From Bdellovibrio sp. (lineage in GTDB: Bacteria; Bdellovibrionota; Bdellovibrionia; Bdellovibrionales; Bdellovibrionaceae): a stretch of 38,298 nt of DNA. Every line of letters starts with the position of its first letter. Positions within the stretch are counted from its first letter, which is position 1. The position numbers were made by a program, and so were the translations under genes. Of this stretch, positions 18,877 to 27,704 are shown one piece after another. Below the pieces are notes generated by a model. That model had not been told where the DNA came from. It searched no databases and saw nothing but the letters and a program-made list of their open reading frames with translations. The DNA lies in NCBI GenBank assembly GCA_046318155.1, contig JBKCUU010000122.1, forward strand, positions 1 through 38,298. Direction: 5' to 3'.

Positions 18877-19829
18877 GGCGCAACCGTAATGGCCGTTGGG
18901 TTTTGCGAAAAGGCGCTGGGTCCAATCAAAGGACCCGAAGTCGCTCTTGTCGCCGAGCCCGTGCCACTCCAATAAAGTTTTTCAATCGTGTCGGTCCCGC
19001 TGCTGCCCACGTAGATAAAACCATCGGCATCGGTGGCAATCGCGCGGGGCGTGCTCATGATGGCCGAATTCAAGAAGATTGTTTGCGGATTTGACCCATC
19101 CACGTCGACGGCGACAATCGAGTTCAGTGTGCTCAGTGTGACGAGGAGCTTGTTTGTGGGGGAGTGATAGGCGATCGCGGTGGGAGTGCCGGAGTTAAAG
19201 GGCGCTGCAATTGAGTGGTTCAAACAAGCGCCATCTTTTGAAAAGCGCGAGAACCGCCCAGCTGCACCAGCTGCAGAAATCACAACGACATCGCCGGTTG
19301 CGGGGATGACGGCTAAGCCCCAAGGATTGTTCAGCGAGCAGGGTGCCAACGTTGTTGGCAAGAAGGGGCTGCCAATGCGTTGACCAGAAGTCGTGAACTT
19401 TTCGACCGTATTGATGTTTTGCTCGGCCACGTAGATGCTGCCATCACCGGGATCGACCGCGACATGTTTCATCGTGGTTGCATTGAGTGCCACATTGGTG
19501 ATGGCCGAGGTTTGCCCCGAAGAAAGATTTAAAATTTCAAGGCGGTCCACGCCTTCGATCGCGATGACAAATTTATCAGGTGAGATAAAGCCAGAACCAG
19601 ACGCAAATTCGCCGCCTGGAAAAAGATCTCGCAAGGTCGCTTTAAAAGTCCCATCTGTTTTCCACGAAGACACTAAGCCAGGACCAGTGGCAGGATCGGT
19701 CGTCACCGAAGAAACAAGGAGAGTCCCCGAGTAGTTGGTTGCCGAGGACGCGCCATCGAAAGGCTTTTCACCCGAACAGCCGGCGAGGAACAGAAGCGAG
19801 AGAATATTGCAGACAAAAAAATTTTTCAC
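18873..19829 (-). CDS. NHL/beta-propeller repeat lipoprotein
   Basis: Lipobox LAGC; repeats VAVDPGDGSIYVAE, PWGLAV, PTAIAY, PRAIATDADGFIYVG and NPTAITV. Confidence 0.8.
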   Translation of the reverse strand: MKNFFVCNILSLLFLAGCSGEKPFDGASSATNYSGTLLVSSVTTDPATGPGLVSSWKTDGTFKATLRDLFPGGEFASGSGFISPDKFVIAIEGVDRLEILNLSSGQTSAITNVALNATTMKHVAVDPGDGSIYVAEQNINTVEKFTTSGQRIGSPFLPTTLAPCSLNNPWGLAVIPATGDVVVISAAGAAGRFSRFSKDGACLNHSIAAPFNSGTPTAIAYHSPTNKLLVTLSTLNSIVAVDVDGSNPQTIFLNSAIMSTPRAIATDADGFIYVGSSGTDTIEKLYWSGTGSATRATSGPLIGPSAFSQNPTAITVAP

Positions 19830-19837
19830 TCTTGTTA

Positions 19838-19864
19838 AGATCGGATAAAGTTCGCAAGAACTTG
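19838..19864 (-). promoter_or_regulatory. Sigma28 (FliA)-like promoter
   Basis: CAAG-N15-TCCGATCT, 8 nt above the GTG start (consensus TAAA/CAAG-N15-GCCGATAA). Overlaps the palindrome TCGCAAG-AA-CTTGCGA (19852-19867). Confidence 0.45.
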
Positions 19865-19956
19865 CGAGCCCTTTGTCTGGGTTCTTTACCGAACCTGAAC
19901 ATTTCTAAGACAAAGAGAAGCTGATGACCCCGACTTTAGGCGTGGAAGGCGGTCGC

Positions 19957-20667
19957 TTAGGCCGCCGATTTACGAATAGAGTCGAGCTTTTCTTTCATCG
20001 TTTGGAGCTGCTGTTTCAAGAGTTGGTTTTCTTGTGTCAGTGCCACGATTTTCTTGCGCAGCATTTGCAGCTCTTCTGAGGAAGGGCGTCCGGAAGAGGA
20101 GCCACCAGCCGCCGCGCTCGATTGAAGGCCGCTCGAGGTTCCTTCAAAAGCGGCTTCGATTTCTTTGTTGGTCGGCGGGCTGCCGCTATGACCCGCATTC
20201 AAAAGGTCTTCGATGTTTTCTGGAATAACTAAGTCGGGATCAACTTTTTCGAACTTGAGCGCCCCTTGAGCCGCCATGCCGCGGATTTCGTTGATGATCT
20301 TGATCTGACTAGACGCGCTCTCGCCTGGGTTTGGTTTCTTTTCTTTTAAAAGATCTTCGGCCTTGCGTCGTTCGGAAAAAGGCATCGCCCCCAAAAAAAC
20401 CTGCTGTTTCTCGGGATTCATCAACCCGATCGCACTGGCGATCACATTGGGCGTGAGGCGCGGCATAACTTCCATGAGATAGGATTGATTCCATGTTGAC
20501 AGGCGATCAAGTGAGATGGATTTTTTTCGGATCTCAGCCTCCCAAGCGGGATTTTCTTCTGCGATCATCTGCAAAAATTTTTGCGCTTTGGCGGGGGCCG
20601 TCGTCTCAATCAAGTTCAGGAGCTGAATGAAACCGCCTTTTTTTTTATACCGATTAATCATTGACAT
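19957..20667 (-). CDS. FliG C-terminal-like domain protein with C-terminal coiled coil
   Basis: The segment from IAEENPAWEAEIRKKSISLDRL to SQIKIINEIRGM resembles the FliG middle/C domain; SD AAGGAG. Confidence 0.6.
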   Translation of the reverse strand: MSMINRYKKKGGFIQLLNLIETTAPAKAQKFLQMIAEENPAWEAEIRKKSISLDRLSTWNQSYLMEVMPRLTPNVIASAIGLMNPEKQQVFLGAMPFSERRKAEDLLKEKKPNPGESASSQIKIINEIRGMAAQGALKFEKVDPDLVIPENIEDLLNAGHSGSPPTNKEIEAAFEGTSSGLQSSAAAGGSSSGRPSSEELQMLRKKIVALTQENQLLKQQLQTMKEKLDSIRKSAA

Positions 20668-20770
20668 CGAAATCTCTCCTTGCCGAAGTTCAAATCAACG
20701 AAAACTTGTCGGGTTTTGCAGTGCGGGACTCAAGTGGTCAGCACCTAGGCAGAGGTCGAGTTTTTCATAA

Positions 20771-21040
20771 TTACTGAGGTTCTGAGCATTCCCAATCATT
20801 TGAACTGGGATAAGGATGTCGGCCCGACAAATTGCAGCGTTTATAAAAAAAATCGGAGGGGCGTGGTTTGTTGGTGTCGGGAAATGACTGATCCCTGTAG
20901 AAACCGTCCATACTGTAGGCAGCGGGACGGGGGCGGGCTTGCGCTTGCCTCTCAATTAATTGCTCTCTCGGGGAGCGCGTACTGCAACCGAATTGCAAGA
21001 CAGAAAGACACAACAGGAAGAAAGGCAACCACATTCCCAT
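20771..21040 (-). CDS. Small lipoprotein, hypothetical
   Basis: Hydrophobic leader ending QFGC; two further Cys near the C-terminus. Confidence 0.65.
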   Translation of the reverse strand: MGMWLPFFLLCLSVLQFGCSTRSPREQLIERQAQARPRPAAYSMDGFYRDQSFPDTNKPRPSDFFYKRCNLSGRHPYPSSNDWECSEPQ

Positions 21041-21046
21041 GCCTCG

Positions 21047-21106
21047 ATTTTAGCAGCAAACAGCAAGGAATTGGAACTTGTCCCTAGCCCTTCTGCGAGG
21101 TAAAGT
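21047..21106. promoter_or_regulatory. Back-to-back sigma70-like promoters for the small lipoprotein (-) and lpxC (+)
   Basis: Plus strand: TTGTCC (21078-83)-N17-TAAAGT (21101-06), 6 nt to ATG. Minus strand: extended -10 TGcTAAAAT (21047-55), 6 nt to ATG. Confidence 0.55.
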
Positions 21107-21112
21107 TGGGGG

Positions 21113-22015
21113 ATGTTTTTGCAAAAAACCATTCGTAGTCGTGTTCAGGTCCAAGGCATTGGACTTCACTCCGGAAAGCCCTGCACCCTCTCTTTTGTCC
21201 CGGCTCCAGCCGGGACGGGCGTGTGTTTTGTAAGGGCCGATTTACCTGGACGTCCTTCGCTCAAAGTCGCCGCGCAAAACGTGACGGCCACCGGCTACGC
21301 CACGACACTTGGTGGTGGGCAGTTTTCAGTCGCCACCGTGGAACATTGTTTGTCGGCCTTAAGTGCTCTTCGTATCGATAATTTAGTCATCGAACTTGAT
21401 GGGCCCGAGATTCCCATCACAGATGGCAGCGCGCGCGACTTTTTAGCGGGACTGCAAAAAGTGGGGCTCGTTGAACAAGATCAGCCCCGAAAATATTTTT
21501 TGATCACGCAGCCCGTTCATTATGCCGAAGGTGACAAGCAAGCTTCGATTTTTCCGTACCAGGGTTTGCGGGTGACCGTGACAGTTGATTTTCCGCACCC
21601 GACCATCGGCAAACAAAAAATGGATCTTGATGTCAACGAGCAGTCGTTTGGTCGTGAACTTGCCCAGGCGCGAACGTTTGGATTTCTCAAAGACGTTGAA
21701 GCCTTGCAGGCCAAGGGGCTCGCTTTGGGCGGCAGCTTTGATAATGCCATTGTCCTTGATGACAAGGGTGTCGTAAATCCCGGCGGCCTGCGCTGGAGCG
21801 ACGAATTTGTTCGGCATAAAACTCTCGACGCCTTGGGCGATCTCGTGACGCTGGGGCATCCGCTGATGGGTCACCTGGTCCTGTTTAAAGCGGGCCACGA
21901 TTTGATGAACAAATTTGTCCGCCAACTGATGAATGCCGAAGATTCGTACCGTCTCGTTGAGCTGGGAGCTGATCTTTCGGAAGAGATGCGCCTTCGCGGT
22001 GCGGGCTGGGCTTAA
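21113..22015 (+). CDS. lpxC: UDP-3-O-acyl-N-acetylglucosamine deacetylase
   Basis: Motifs GIGLHSG, TVEHCLSAL, PITDGSA, ARTFGF, RHKTLDALGD and KAGH. Confidence 0.97.
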   Translation: MFLQKTIRSRVQVQGIGLHSGKPCTLSFVPAPAGTGVCFVRADLPGRPSLKVAAQNVTATGYATTLGGGQFSVATVEHCLSALSALRIDNLVIELDGPEIPITDGSARDFLAGLQKVGLVEQDQPRKYFLITQPVHYAEGDKQASIFPYQGLRVTVTVDFPHPTIGKQKMDLDVNEQSFGRELAQARTFGFLKDVEALQAKGLALGGSFDNAIVLDDKGVVNPGGLRWSDEFVRHKTLDALGDLVTLGHPLMGHLVLFKAGHDLMNKFVRQLMNAEDSYRLVELGADLSEEMRLRGAGWA

Positions 22016-22148
22016 CGCATAGCACATAGATTCACTTTCAGCCCCCTTCGGGCAATATCTTCTTCGAACCGAACCAAACCGTTTTTTGTATCCCTTGTGG
22101 GTACCAACTTAACAAACATTCGCGTGCAACATCGCGGGGAGTTTTTGG

Positions 22149-23255
22149 ATGATTATCGGAGTTCCGAAAGAGATCAAGATCAGTGAAAATCGCGTCGGGA
22201 TGACTGAAGCCGGCGTGAAGCAGCTCGTGAAAGAAGGTCACACCTTGTTGGTCGAAAAAGACGCGGGCGTGGGGTCAGGCATCACGAATCAACAGTACGA
22301 GCTCGCGGGCGCTAAAATCTTGGAGACCAAGGCCGAAGTTTACGCCAAGTCCGACATGATCGTAAAAGTGAAAGAGCCGCTCCCAGATGAGTATAATCTC
22401 CTCAAAGAAAATCAAATTCTTTACACGTACCTGCATTTGGCCGCTGAACCAAAACTGACAAAAGTTTTGTGTGAACGCAAAGTCAAATCAGTTGCCTACG
22501 AAACCATTCAAAAAGAAGACGGATCACTGCCTCTTTTAACTCCGATGAGTGAAGTTGCCGGGCGCATGGCCACGCAAATTGGTGCGTACTACTTGCAGCG
22601 CGATCACGGCGGCAAGGGCATCTTGATGGGCGGAGTGACCGGCGTTCGTCCTGGTAAAGTCACGATCATCGGCGGCGGCGTCGTCGGAACAAACGCAGCA
22701 AAAATGGCGGTTGGTCTGGGCGCCAGTGTGACGATCATGGATGTCAGCACAGCTCGCCTCGAATACCTTGACGATGTTTTTGGTGGACGTGTCACCACGC
22801 TGTTCTCGAATGTTCAAAACATTGAAACGGCCGTCGCTGAGTCTGATTTGCTTGTCGGTGCCGTGTTGATTACGGGTCACAAAGCACCCACGCTGGTGTC
22901 GAAGCAAATGGTCTCAAGCATGGGCCGTGGATGCGTTGTTGTGGATGTGGCTGTCGACCAAGGCGGCTGCATCGAAACCTGCAAACCAACTTCGCATACA
23001 AGCCCCACCTATGAAGTGGACGGCGTGATTCATTACTGCGTTCCCAATATGCCCGGCGTTGTGTCTCGTACTTCGACGTATGCCTTGACGAACGTGACTT
23101 TGAAATATGCGTCGATGCTGGCTGCGATGGGTGTTGAAGACGCCATTGCAAAAGACAAAGCGCTGTTCAAAGGCTTGAATGTGTACGGTGGATACGTTTG
23201 CTACGAACCCGTCGCTCGCGATTTGGGCATGGAGTACAAAGCGTTCCGCGCTTAA
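22149..23255 (+). CDS. ald: Alanine dehydrogenase
   Basis: Motifs [47 protein letters not shown] and VPNMPG. Confidence 0.97.
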   Translation: MIIGVPKEIKISENRVGMTEAGVKQLVKEGHTLLVEKDAGVGSGITNQQYELAGAKILETKAEVYAKSDMIVKVKEPLPDEYNLLKENQILYTYLHLAAEPKLTKVLCERKVKSVAYETIQKEDGSLPLLTPMSEVAGRMATQIGAYYLQRDHGGKGILMGGVTGVRPGKVTIIGGGVVGTNAAKMAVGLGASVTIMDVSTARLEYLDDVFGGRVTTLFSNVQNIETAVAESDLLVGAVLITGHKAPTLVSKQMVSSMGRGCVVVDVAVDQGGCIETCKPTSHTSPTYEVDGVIHYCVPNMPGVVSRTSTYALTNVTLKYASMLAAMGVEDAIAKDKALFKGLNVYGGYVCYEPVARDLGMEYKAFRA

Positions 23256-23269
23256 GACTGTGAGGACCT

Positions 23270-23320
23270 GATTTTGGCAAAGGGAGGACCGGCGGTTCTC
23301 CCTTTTTTTTTGCTAAAATC
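23270..23320 (+). terminator. Intrinsic terminator after ald (possibly bidirectional with comEC)
   Basis: Stem AAAGGGAGGACC / GGTTCTCCCTTT followed by a T-run to 23311; outer inverted repeat GATTTTGGCAA / TTGCTAAAATC. Confidence 0.85.
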
Positions 23321-23360
23321 ACGGGACTTAAGAGAACGAGAGCAAAGACGAAGAGCGCCG

Positions 23361-24248
23361 TCATGGTCGATGCCACCGACGTTGCTGGCGAACGCGCCAG
23401 AGGTGAGCCATAATCAAGAGTGCCGCGACATACAGGGGTGACCAGAGCCGGGTCCCCAGACTCAATTTCTGAACACTCGGGACGAGCGTGCCCACTTGCA
23501 AAAGAATAAGATCCCAAACCCGATTCATCTCAGTCAGTACGCTCCATCCCGCGGGATAAAACAGTTCGGTCACGCCAATGGCAAACCACAAAGTCAAACT
23601 GGCGGGAGCCAGCAGCAAGCTGATCACAGCCAGCCAGGGACTGCTCACGGTCCATCCGGCCAGGAGCGGAGCCAAGAAAATCAAGATCACCAAAGCCCGG
23701 ATGACTTCATTCTTGACCTTGGGAACGAGCGCGATTCGAGCCGCGACCGAAAGATGAAGGGAACTCGACAAGATCCATTGCGGCTGCAATGCCAAACACC
23801 ACAACCAACTTTCGAGCACTCGGCGTTCAGTTGACTGGCGGCTCTGGCGAGAGCGCAGAGCTGGACGCATCGCCCACTCAAAAAAAGCCCTGACGACGGG
23901 AGGTTGCCAATTGCTCATGAAGGCAAAAACAAGGAGCACGGGAGGGATCAAAACTTTTGCAAGGCGTGCACCCAGAATCTTGCGCAAAGCCATTTCGAGA
24001 AAGGTTAGATGACTGCCCGAAACGACCAACAGGTGAAACAATCCAGATTCAATGTACAAGAGCCGCAGTTCGTGTGATGTGGGGGATTTGCCACAAAAAA
24101 GAGCGGCGTTTACATCATAATGGGCACTGCTTGACAGTTTTATCAGACAGATTTCGTGCATTGACTGGGCAAACCCTGCGAGAAGTTTGAGCAGGTTAAG
24201 TGAGTCTGGAAGTGCATGCGAGCTCAGCAGGAGCGCAAAAGTTGACAT
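23361..24248 (-). CDS. comEC: ComEC/Rec2-family competence membrane protein (core domain only)
   Basis: SGLFHLLVVSGSHL signature, PPVVRA, SSSLHLS and multiple TM helices. Confidence 0.8.
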   Translation of the reverse strand: MSTFALLLSSHALPDSLNLLKLLAGFAQSMHEICLIKLSSSAHYDVNAALFCGKSPTSHELRLLYIESGLFHLLVVSGSHLTFLEMALRKILGARLAKVLIPPVLLVFAFMSNWQPPVVRAFFEWAMRPALRSRQSRQSTERRVLESWLWCLALQPQWILSSSLHLSVAARIALVPKVKNEVIRALVILIFLAPLLAGWTVSSPWLAVISLLLAPASLTLWFAIGVTELFYPAGWSVLTEMNRVWDLILLQVGTLVPSVQKLSLGTRLWSPLYVAALLIMAHLWRVRQQRRWHRP

Positions 24249-24401
24249 GTCTCAAGGGCTTAGCAAATTCGATCGCAGCACCAACTCAAAACAGAGCTGA
24301 ACAGGCGCTCTTCTTGGCCCCAGATTCGGAAGCAAACAGAATGTTAGATTCTTAAAAAAGAAATTCTTATGCCTCTTATAAATGGCATTTTTATTTAGTG
24401 A

Positions 24402-24414
24402 TATCAACAACTTA
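24402..24414 (+). promoter_or_regulatory. IHF-binding consensus site
   Basis: TATCAACAACTTA is an exact WATCAANNNNTTR match, preceded by an AT-rich tract. Confidence 0.5.
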
Positions 24415-24500
24415 CTTCATGCTTCTGCTTTCAGCAAATCGCTGAAACCCTTGACCAGTCAATGGTCTAGGTCGGTCATCGTCATTCAATCCCCAAAAAA

Positions 24501-24509
24501 TGTGGATAA
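24501..24509 (-). promoter_or_regulatory. Perfect DnaA box
   Basis: TGTGGATAA is the reverse complement of TTATCCACA; intergenic. Confidence 0.5.
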
Positions 24510-24527
24510 CTTAAAGCGCTGAAGGTG

Positions 24528-24557
24528 TTGTCGTTTCATTAGACCTTGTGTCATCAT
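24528..24557 (+). promoter_or_regulatory. Putative sigma70 promoter of the TPR-LysM-dprA operon
   Basis: TTGTCG-N18-CATCAT with an extended -10 TG, 6 nt before ATG 24564; no SD. Confidence 0.45.
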
Positions 24558-24563
24558 TTTCTT

Positions 24564-25247
24564 ATGAAAATATTCATCTTGGTTTTCTCAAGCTTGCTTG
24601 TCTGTTGCGCACAATCCCCCGTCAAAAATCAAAAGACCGCACAGGCGTCGGTGCAAAAAAGTCCCATCGCCAAGTTGAATAAAAAGAGCGGCAAAACCAC
24701 AGTCCGAGCCGCAGCCGCGGACACGCAAGAGTTTAAGCGTGAGCAACAGATGGTGCTGCGGAGAAAACCAAGTTTAGCGACTCGTCCCCTCGCCGCCGCG
24801 GTGAATCCTCAGAACAAACGTTTGGTGCTTGACCTCAAATCAAACTTAAATGCCTCGCCAAATATTTCTGAAGCTAAGTTGATGGCAGAGCTTCAAGAGC
24901 AGTTTGATTTGAATAATGAAATTGGATTTCAATCGCGTTACCAAGCCTTTCAGCAAAGATTCCCCAAAAGTGGACGCATCAATGAAGCTCACTACATGGC
25001 GGGGTTACTGAGCCTCAGCTATAAAAACTACGGACGCGCGCTGAGATCCTTTGATGCCGTTCTTAAAAATCCACGCGGTCCTCAAGCTTCAAAAGCGATG
25101 TTCGCCAAAGCGATGACCTATCGACGCATGAATCTCGGTGAGCCTTCTAAGCAACTGTTGGTGCAAGTTCAGACTCGCTATCCAAAAACTCTTGAAGCGC
25201 AGCGCGCGGCGATTGAACTCAGAATCGCGGATAAACGGTTTCAATGA
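24564..25247 (+). CDS. TPR lipoprotein (CpoB/YbgF-like TPR domain)
   Basis: Leader MKIFILVFSSLLVCC; TPR units FQQRFPKS...AHYMAG, AMFAKAMTY and VQTRYPKT.EA..A. Confidence 0.75.
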   Translation: MKIFILVFSSLLVCCAQSPVKNQKTAQASVQKSPIAKLNKKSGKTTVRAAAADTQEFKREQQMVLRRKPSLATRPLAAAVNPQNKRLVLDLKSNLNASPNISEAKLMAELQEQFDLNNEIGFQSRYQAFQQRFPKSGRINEAHYMAGLLSLSYKNYGRALRSFDAVLKNPRGPQASKAMFAKAMTYRRMNLGEPSKQLLVQVQTRYPKTLEAQRAAIELRIADKRFQ

Positions 25248-26626
25248 GCAGCGTAAAATCTCGGCTTCAGGTCAAAACACTCATCTTGGCTCTGAGTCTG
25301 GGAATGCCTCTTGTTGCCCGGGCTGAAGACGCTCCTGACTTAAAGCGCGAGCGCCGCCTTTTTCAGAATTACCAAATGTTTAACTTGAAGCCCACCGCAC
25401 AAGAGCAGTGGCAAGAAGCGATCTCGGGGGTCTCTGAGCAGAGTTATCAAATTCAGCAGGGTGATACCTTGTGGGACATCTCTGAAACCTTTTTTGGCGA
25501 TACGGAGTTTTGGCCAAAGATTTGGTCCCTCAACAAAGAGGGAATTTTTAATCCTCATGCCATCGAGCCCGGTGATCAGATCCAGTTTGTGCCGGGGACC
25601 TTAGGTGAAGCACCTAACTTTGGCGCATCGCCTGGCGAGACGTCCGGCTCTGGCACATCTCTCGGCGATGCGCGTACGACAAACGAAAAAGATCAGCCTT
25701 TGACGGTCAGAGCCGGCTCGGGTGAAGACGCCGATCGAGTGGCGAAAGAATCCGACGCCATCAGGCAAAAAAAGCCCCAGTTTATCGAAGCGGATCTCTC
25801 GAATGTCGAACTGCCAACGCCGTTTGTTAAAAAGTCGGTGCGCGGGGCTGTCAATCTCCCTCAGAGTTTACCGACGTGGAAGATGCGAGTGAATGCAGAT
25901 CGGCAGTACCAATTCGAGATCCGTCCTGTTTCGCGCAATCCAGGCGCTTCTGAAATCACGCTCTTGTCTTATTTGTCTGAAGAAAATACGAATGCTATTG
26001 AGGGTGAGATCGTGGAGGCCGAAGCCGGAATGCATGCGGCTCATGACAATCAGTATGTTGTCGTCAAAGCCAAGGGTGCGGCCGCTGGACAAAAATTTCT
26101 CGTGATCCGCGATGCGGGCACTCTCAAGGCTGGCGAACGTGTGGGCACGATCCACCAGATCGACGGCGAAGTCACTCTGCAAGAAACCGTGAACGCGAGC
26201 GAAGGCCTTTACCGCGCGATCGTGAACCGAGCCTATTCGCCCGTTCTTGTTGGTTCAAAGTTGTCGAGCGGTGAAGTTCAGCGCGTAGTCGTTGATGATG
26301 CGGGCGTCGGTGGCGGCGGTTCTGATGGAGCGGCCAAAGTGCTCGGAGGTCCCGAAAGTGAATCTCGAGAAATTTTTGGACCCGGCCAACTTTTGTTTTT
26401 AGACGCGGGTGCGTCGGGTGGTTTGGCGCCAGGACAAACCCTGAATATTTATCGCCGTGAATCCTCGCGGACGGAGACCGAAACCAAACAGCTCGAAAAC
26501 CCACGCTTGATCGGAACGGTTCGCGTCCTTCAAACAAGCCCCGGTTTTGCGACGGCCTATGTCTCGTCAGCTATTGAAGCCATTCATGTCGGAGATTCGT
26601 CCAGCCGAGGTTCCCAGGTCAAATAA
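25244..26626 (+). CDS. LysM peptidoglycan-binding protein, TsaP-like
   Basis: Signal peptide; YQIQQGDTLWDISETFFGDTEFWPKIWSLN...NPHAIEPGD; C-terminal FLDAG..GL..GQ.LNIYR...IGTVRV; located upstream of dprA. Confidence 0.8.
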   Translation: MSSVKSRLQVKTLILALSLGMPLVARAEDAPDLKRERRLFQNYQMFNLKPTAQEQWQEAISGVSEQSYQIQQGDTLWDISETFFGDTEFWPKIWSLNKEGIFNPHAIEPGDQIQFVPGTLGEAPNFGASPGETSGSGTSLGDARTTNEKDQPLTVRAGSGEDADRVAKESDAIRQKKPQFIEADLSNVELPTPFVKKSVRGAVNLPQSLPTWKMRVNADRQYQFEIRPVSRNPGASEITLLSYLSEENTNAIEGEIVEAEAGMHAAHDNQYVVVKAKGAAAGQKFLVIRDAGTLKAGERVGTIHQIDGEVTLQETVNASEGLYRAIVNRAYSPVLVGSKLSSGEVQRVVVDDAGVGGGGSDGAAKVLGGPESESREIFGPGQLLFLDAGASGGLAPGQTLNIYRRESSRTETETKQLENPRLIGTVRVLQTSPGFATAYVSSAIEAIHVGDSSSRGSQVK

Positions 26627-26670
26627 GCACCAAAAGCAGCGGAGTCTGGCTCTTGAAGAGAGTCTTCGTT

Positions 26671-27603
26671 ATGACACGAGACTCTCTTTTCTATTTCGTT
26701 AGTTACTTGGCCGCTCACAAACTTCGCATGAATCAACAACATCGCGAACAATTGCTGCGCGCGTGGGAAAAGGGCTTGCGCCCAACCGTCCCGCAGTTTT
26801 TCAAGGTGCTCCCGGAGTTTCAAATTTTTGCAGACGCCAGCGGTGGCTTCTGGAGCCGCGGCGCCGATGAAATTGCCCGGTGGCAAGAGCGCGGAACCAG
26901 TTTTGTCAGTCCCGGTGAAGTGGGTTTTCCTCGTCGGCTGTTGCAAATGGACGAGCCGCCATGGGTGCTTGCCGTTCACGGGCCGTTGGATCTTTTGCAT
27001 GAACCTAGTCTGGCGGTGGTGGGAGCGCGCGAACCACTGGAAGGTTCACTGCACTGGATGCAGGAGCATTTGGGCTTTTTGCTTCAGCGCGCGCCGCTCC
27101 CGCTCGCCAGCGGAGGGGCCCGCGGCGTCGATCAAATGGCGCACCGACTTTGTTTGCGGTATGAACGCCCCACCTTGGTTTTTTTGCCCGCGGGCCTTGC
27201 CAATCTTTATCCCAAGTCAATGGAGCAGTGGAAATTGCCGGTGCTCCAGAGTGGCGGTGCATTTGTCAGCGAATTTCATCCCCGCGCGACGATGCGCAAG
27301 TGGCATTTTCAAATGCGCAACCGGCTGATTGCCGGCGTCTCCAAGTGCACGTTGGTGGTTGAGGCCCGCCACCGAAGTGGAACATGGCTGACTGCAAAGT
27401 TGGCCCTAGAGATGGGTCGGCCGCTGGGTGTTTTGCCCGGTTCTGCCATTGAGCCCCGGCAAAGTGGTAATCTGCTTTTGATCAACGAAGGCGCGACAAG
27501 TATTTGCGATGCTCAAGATCTTGTCATGTTTTTGAAAGGTGCTTGTCAGGATGACAAAACTCACGGCGCATCCCTAGGGCAAGCCACGCCTTCAATCCAC
27601 TAG
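26671..27603 (+). CDS. dprA: DNA-processing protein DprA (Smf)
   Basis: Motifs LAVVGAR, SGGARGVD, VSEF, F..RNRLIAG and VVEA..RSG..LTA; alternative TTG start at 26653. Confidence 0.92.
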   Translation: MTRDSLFYFVSYLAAHKLRMNQQHREQLLRAWEKGLRPTVPQFFKVLPEFQIFADASGGFWSRGADEIARWQERGTSFVSPGEVGFPRRLLQMDEPPWVLAVHGPLDLLHEPSLAVVGAREPLEGSLHWMQEHLGFLLQRAPLPLASGGARGVDQMAHRLCLRYERPTLVFLPAGLANLYPKSMEQWKLPVLQSGGAFVSEFHPRATMRKWHFQMRNRLIAGVSKCTLVVEARHRSGTWLTAKLALEMGRPLGVLPGSAIEPRQSGNLLLINEGATSICDAQDLVMFLKGACQDDKTHGASLGQATPSIH

Positions 27604-27668
27604 ATATGGGGGAGCATCTACTTTCTTGAGCTTAGATCAATGAAAGTGAAAAAATCTAAAAAAAGCCA

Positions 27669-27698
27669 TTGAGTTTTAGTCCCTTCGCTTTCTACAAT
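27669..27698 (+). promoter_or_regulatory. Sigma70-like promoter of the intergenic RNA
   Basis: TTGAGT-N18-TACAAT with an A-rich UP-like tract upstream; predicted start at about 27704-27706. Confidence 0.6.
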
Positions 27699-27704
27699 CT
27701 AGGA

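Noticed and set aside
24371..24398. Possible dif site (GCCTCTTATAA-ATGGCA-TTTTTATTTAG)
   Set aside because: The right arm matches the XerD consensus TTATGTTAAAT poorly; more likely just an AT-rich tract.
24340..24510. Possible replication origin (AT-rich tract, IHF site, DnaA box)
   Set aside because: Only one perfect DnaA box and no dnaA, dnaN or gidA nearby; kept only as a regulatory finding.
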